Shown: one piece after another, positions 12,873 through 15,790 of the stretch | Layout of the letters: the number at the start of each line of letters is the position of its first letter | Position numbering within the stretch: position 1 is the stretch's first letter | Assembly (NCBI GenBank): GCA_964555625.1 | Contig: CAZKTE010000042.1 | Span: 1 to 15,790 of the forward strand | Length of the DNA: 15,790 nt | Source: an uncultured Isosphaeraceae bacterium | GTDB lineage: Bacteria > Planctomycetota > Phycisphaerae > Phycisphaerales > SM1A02 | Direction: 5' to 3' | Program-made: the position numbers and the translations under genes | The notes under the pieces: model-generated | Database searches by the model: none | Told to the model about the DNA's origin: nothing | Seen by the model: only the letters and a program-made list of their open reading frames with translations

Positions 12873-15518
12873 ATGAGAAACGTTACGTCTTGTATCTGTA
12901 TCTTGGGTCTCTCAGGCATGGCCTCGGCCGATGTCCTGTTGGACCAGATCGGACCAGACGACGGTTCTGGCCTTGGTGCAAACATCATGGCCAGCCAGAT
13001 CTTCGAGGCTGCATACGCTCAGTACAGCGTTGTCGTCGCTGACGACATGACACTGACGAGCATCCAGGAGATTACCGGCGTTGAGGCGGTTGTAGGCGGA
13101 TGGAACGGCTGGGTCGATCCATCTGGCATCACCGCATATTCGGTCAACTTGTACTCCAGCAACGACGCTGCGGGCGCCGACCTGATGGGCGACATCGCCC
13201 ACCAGATGGTGGACGCAGCAGATGCCGAGATCAGCGGCACTTGGGCTGGAGCTAATTACCTGATCAACGTTCCAGTTGCCATGTACTCGGCGGCTGGCAC
13301 CCAGTTGGTGGGAATCGCTCCTGCCAATGAGTTCGCAACCTCCGGCCAGTGCGGTATCGCCCAGTCCCTCCTTGGGGACGGCAACTGCATCCAGGCCAAC
13401 CCTGGTGGTGGTTTCGGCTTCGGTCCTTGGCAAGCAGCAGACGACGCTTGCTACCGTGTCAACGGTGCGGCAGGCGACCCCTGCGGTGCTCCCTTGGCTG
13501 AACCGTGCCCGACCGACATCAACGGCGACGGCGCCGTGAACGTGACCGATCTTCTGACGGTCATCGGCGACTGGGGTAACACCGGCGACGGAACCTATCG
13601 CCCCGAGGGCGACTGTGCTCCCCTGCCAAATGGTGACTGCACCACGAATGTTGCAGATGTCCTTGCGGTCATCAGCAGCTGGGGTGCTGACTGTGCCACG
13701 TATGGTGCCTGCTGCTACAGCGACGGCACTTGTGACGATGGCTCAACGGCCAGTGGTTGCGCCGACGCCGGCGGAACCTATCTTGGCGACAATAGTTCGT
13801 GTGCTGATGGTGGCTGCACCGCAGCTGCATGCTGCATCGGCGCCGATTGTGTCTTCGTTACCGAAGATGCATGCGGTGGCCTCGGCGGCGTTTGGCACGA
13901 CGGAGACGACTGCACAAGTTGGGACTGCTCGGCCGCAACGCCGGGCGACGAGTGCGCTGATGCAATCGCTGTGTACGACGGAGCCAATTCGTTCGACACA
14001 TCGAGCATGACCGCCAGCCAGCCGCAGCCGGATGAGACGCAGTGCGAAGGCACCTACCTGGACTGGGACGAAAGCCCAGACGGTTGGTACATGTACACTG
14101 CAACCGCCACAGCTTCGTGCCTGTTTGATGCGTGCGATGCGGCCAGTTATGACACGTCGATGGTCCTGTACTCGGACTGCGGAACGCAGCTCGCGTGCAA
14201 CGGCGACTCGGCGAATCAGTCTGGTTGTCAGACGTATTACTCAGAGATCACGTACGACGTGGTTGAAGGCAACACCTACATCATCCGCATGGGTGGATGG
14301 CAGGGTGGAAGCGGTGCCGGCACGATCAATATCACCCTTGATATTGCGCTTGCAGGTGCTTGCTGTCTTGATGAAGTAACGTGCCTTGATGACCTGGACA
14401 GCAACCAGTGCGATGCATTTGGTGGCACGTTCCAGGGCGAGGGCACTGTGTGCGACAGTGTTGACTGTGATCCGGAACTTGGTGGCGACGAGTGCGCTGA
14501 CGCAAGCGTAGCCAACATTGGTCCGAATGCTTTCGATACGTCGTTCGCTACACCTAGCCAGCCTCAGCCAGACGAGACACAGTGCGAAGGCACGTTCCTC
14601 GAATGGATGAACAGCAATGATGTGTGGTTCGTTTACACGCCGGATTCCAGCGGTAACGCGACCTTCACGACTTGCGATGCAGCTAGTTATGACACCTCGA
14701 TGGTTCTCTATGAAGGCGACTGCGACACGCAGGTAGCCTGCAATGGTGACTCATCGGGTGACAGTGGTTGCCAGGCCTACTACTCGAAGATCGAGTACGC
14801 GGTCACGGCAGGCACTCCTTACTACGTCCGTCTCGGAGGCTGGCAGGCCGCGTACGGTGCCGGCACGCTGACGATCGAGCAGATCGGTGGCGATGAGACG
14901 GCAGCTTGCTGCGTGATGGGCGACTGCATTGGTGAAGTCACCAGTGCGGACTGCTCTGCAGCCGGCGGCACGTGGTACTACGGTGAGACATGTGCAGACG
15001 TTGCTTGCCCGCAGCCCGCTTGCCCGGGTTCGCAGGTCAGCCAGAACGTGCATGGCTCTGACGAGAGCTGGACGGCCGGTACGGCTGCCAACGACCCGAC
15101 TGGTGGCGCTACTTATGAGCGTGCAGAGTCGATCAACGTTGACAGCATGACCCATGTCCGGTTCTGGGGTATCGAAGCATTCTTCGACGGCGCCGGATGG
15201 GGTTCTGCCCCCGGCGACTGGCCGATGAACGTACGTGCGTACGACGCTTCGATGACCATGACGGATGAGATCGCTGGTGTCATGCCTACTGAGGCAGCCA
15301 CTGGTGAGCTCTATGCCGGTGCCTACGAGTTGATCCAGTACGACATTGACGCGTCATTCGGCGCGGTCGCGAACCTCGGCATTCAGTCCGAAAGTGACGG
15401 AATGAATTCTTGGTTCCTCTGGATGAGTTCAGGAATCGGCGATGGTGACTCCATGATGAACGATGGCACTGGCTGGGTATCCGGCCAGGGCTTCGATCTG
15501 TCGATCTGCATCGACTGA
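12873..15518 (+). CDS. Giant secreted modular protein 2 (about 881 aa): signal peptide, N-terminal domain, dockerin-like Cys-containing EF-hand pair, four copies of a 6-Cys repeat interleaved with two PPC-like beta-sandwich domains, C-terminal domain
   Basis: ATG at 12873 follows AGGAGGGG (12855-12862). The signal peptide is MRNVTSCICILGLSGMASA|DV. The dockerin-like pair is DINGDGAVNVTDLLTVIGDWGN ... PNGDCTTNVADVLAVISSWGADC (approx 13509-13694). The Cys repeats, at about 13704-13817, 13827-13928, 14355-14468 and 14901-15008, are GACCYSDGTCDDGSTASGCADAGGTYLGDNSSCADGGC, AACCIGADCVFVTEDACGGLGGVWHDGDDCTSWDCS, GACCLDEVTCLDDLDSNQCDAFGGTFQGEGTVCDSVDC and AACCVMGDCIGEVTSADCSAAGGTWYYGETCADVAC. The PPC-like copies (13944-14339 and 14484-14879) show D.WY.YT...SC/TC...YDTSMVLY..C....ACNGD...SGCQ.YYS.I.Y.V..G..Y.IR.GGWQ...GAGT. 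The alternative ATG at 12840 has no SD and would add MFTKLRRGFIP, an RRxF[I] twin-arginine-like motif. Confidence 0.85.
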   Translation: MRNVTSCICILGLSGMASADVLLDQIGPDDGSGLGANIMASQIFEAAYAQYSVVVADDMTLTSIQEITGVEAVVGGWNGWVDPSGITAYSVNLYSSNDAAGADLMGDIAHQMVDAADAEISGTWAGANYLINVPVAMYSAAGTQLVGIAPANEFATSGQCGIAQSLLGDGNCIQANPGGGFGFGPWQAADDACYRVNGAAGDPCGAPLAEPCPTDINGDGAVNVTDLLTVIGDWGNTGDGTYRPEGDCAPLPNGDCTTNVADVLAVISSWGADCATYGACCYSDGTCDDGSTASGCADAGGTYLGDNSSCADGGCTAAACCIGADCVFVTEDACGGLGGVWHDGDDCTSWDCSAATPGDECADAIAVYDGANSFDTSSMTASQPQPDETQCEGTYLDWDESPDGWYMYTATATASCLFDACDAASYDTSMVLYSDCGTQLACNGDSANQSGCQTYYSEITYDVVEGNTYIIRMGGWQGGSGAGTINITLDIALAGACCLDEVTCLDDLDSNQCDAFGGTFQGEGTVCDSVDCDPELGGDECADASVANIGPNAFDTSFATPSQPQPDETQCEGTFLEWMNSNDVWFVYTPDSSGNATFTTCDAASYDTSMVLYEGDCDTQVACNGDSSGDSGCQAYYSKIEYAVTAGTPYYVRLGGWQAAYGAGTLTIEQIGGDETAACCVMGDCIGEVTSADCSAAGGTWYYGETCADVACPQPACPGSQVSQNVHGSDESWTAGTAANDPTGGATYERAESINVDSMTHVRFWGIEAFFDGAGWGSAPGDWPMNVRAYDASMTMTDEIAGVMPTEAATGELYAGAYELIQYDIDASFGAVANLGIQSESDGMNSWFLWMSSGIGDGDSMMNDGTGWVSGQGFDLSICID
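13827..14879 (+). repeat. Intragenic tandem duplication: [Cys-repeat + PPC-like domain] x2 (13827-14339 and 14355-14879)
   Basis: The two units align at DNA level, e.g. ggcgacgagtgcgctga[t/c]gcaa... and ...agccagcc[g/t]cagcc[g/a]ga[t/c]gagac[g/a]cagtgcgaaggcac.... Shared peptides are SQPQPDETQCEGT, CDAASYDTSMVLY and ACNGDS. I estimate about 70% nt and 55-60% aa identity by eye, consistent with an old, diverged duplication. Confidence 0.75.
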
Positions 15519-15529
15519 TGCAAATCGTC

Positions 15530-15552
15530 CACACCGACCCCGGGTCGGTGTG
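15530..15552 (+). terminator. Perfect 10-bp hairpin CACACCGACC-ccg-GGTCGGTGTG, 12 nt after the stop of giant protein 2 (no U-tract)
   Basis: The reverse complement was checked by eye. No T-run follows, so it may be a processing or stability hairpin or the first of tandem terminators. Confidence 0.4.
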
Positions 15553-15574
15553 ATGGAGGACAACTGAGTCCAAC

Positions 15575-15611
15575 CCGCCCCCCGGCCACTGGCCGGGGGG
15601 CGGTTCTTTTT
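15575..15611 (+). terminator. Rho-independent terminator: 13-bp GC stem CCGCCCCCCGGCC-act-GGCCGGGGGGCGG followed by TTCTTTTTT
   Basis: A perfect 13-bp G/C stem with a 3-nt loop is followed directly by a T-rich run at 15604-15611. This is a textbook intrinsic terminator for the giant protein 2 transcript. Confidence 0.85.
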
Positions 15612-15629
15612 GGCGGCTATGCTGCCACG

Positions 15630-15790
15630 ATGCCACTGCGCACCATCGCCACGCGGGTCCTTGTCGGCGCCGTACTGATCGCGGCCCTCTGCGGCATCGC
15701 CGCGCTCTTCGTTCCGGGGGACGACATCGGGCGGCTCCTCGGCACGGCGCTCCTCGCCGTCGTCTCCGCGTCCTTCCTGCTTGGCTCGGT
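15630..15790 (+). CDS. Hypothetical membrane protein, N-terminal fragment (continues beyond window end)
   Basis: ATG at 15630 gives MPLRTIATRVLVGAVLIAALCGIAALFVPGDDIGRLLGTALLAVVSASFLLGS, two hydrophobic helix-like stretches with GC3-rich codons. It lies 19 nt downstream of the terminator. No clear SD. It is absent from the ORF track because it is truncated. Confidence 0.4.
   Translation, partial: MPLRTIATRVLVGAVLIAALCGIAALFVPGDDIGRLLGTALLAVVSASFLLGS

Noticed and set aside
12438-12988. Minus-strand ORFs 12438-12800 and 12662-12988 in the long intergenic region
   Set aside because: There is no start context and their translations are low complexity. The second overlaps the well-supported start of giant protein 2. 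The region is better explained as a regulatory leader and promoter.

Overview
This is a G+C-rich bacterial chromosomal window (exact GC not computed) with dense coding on both strands. Gene order is: [hflC-like SPFH gene, N-terminal part only, minus] [hflK-like SPFH gene with a roughly 300-aa polytopic N-terminal extension, minus] | divergent region holding a 15-codon uORF joined to the next gene by an ATGA overlap | [ABC-2-type permease, plus] [canonical full-length uvrA, plus] converging on [GT2 glycosyltransferase fused to a GtrA-like membrane domain, minus] [ispD, minus] | [small secreted Cys-containing ORF, plus] hairpin [tRNA-Leu(CAA), minus] | [giant secreted modular protein 1, plus] 431-bp intergenic region rich in palindromes and direct repeats [giant secreted modular protein 2, plus] two hairpins including a classic rho-independent terminator [start of a membrane protein, plus]. 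No CRISPR array, transposase, integrase, toxin-antitoxin pair or recognisable defence gene is visible. The most unusual content is the pair of giant secreted proteins. Both carry a dockerin-like EF-hand pair in which the second loop has Cys in place of Gly. Protein 1 adds thrombospondin type-3 Asp-rich arrays, two lamin-tail-like domains and a CBM-like beta-sandwich. Protein 2 adds two duplicated PPC-like domains interleaved with four copies of an unassigned 6-Cys repeat of about 36 aa. Protein 2 is also a codon-usage outlier and is preceded by a 16-bp perfect palindrome, helically phased direct repeats and a C8 homopolymer tract. The domain architecture resembles Planctomycetota/PVC-type surface proteins, but that is inference only. 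All domain calls rest on motif recognition by eye, not on searches.
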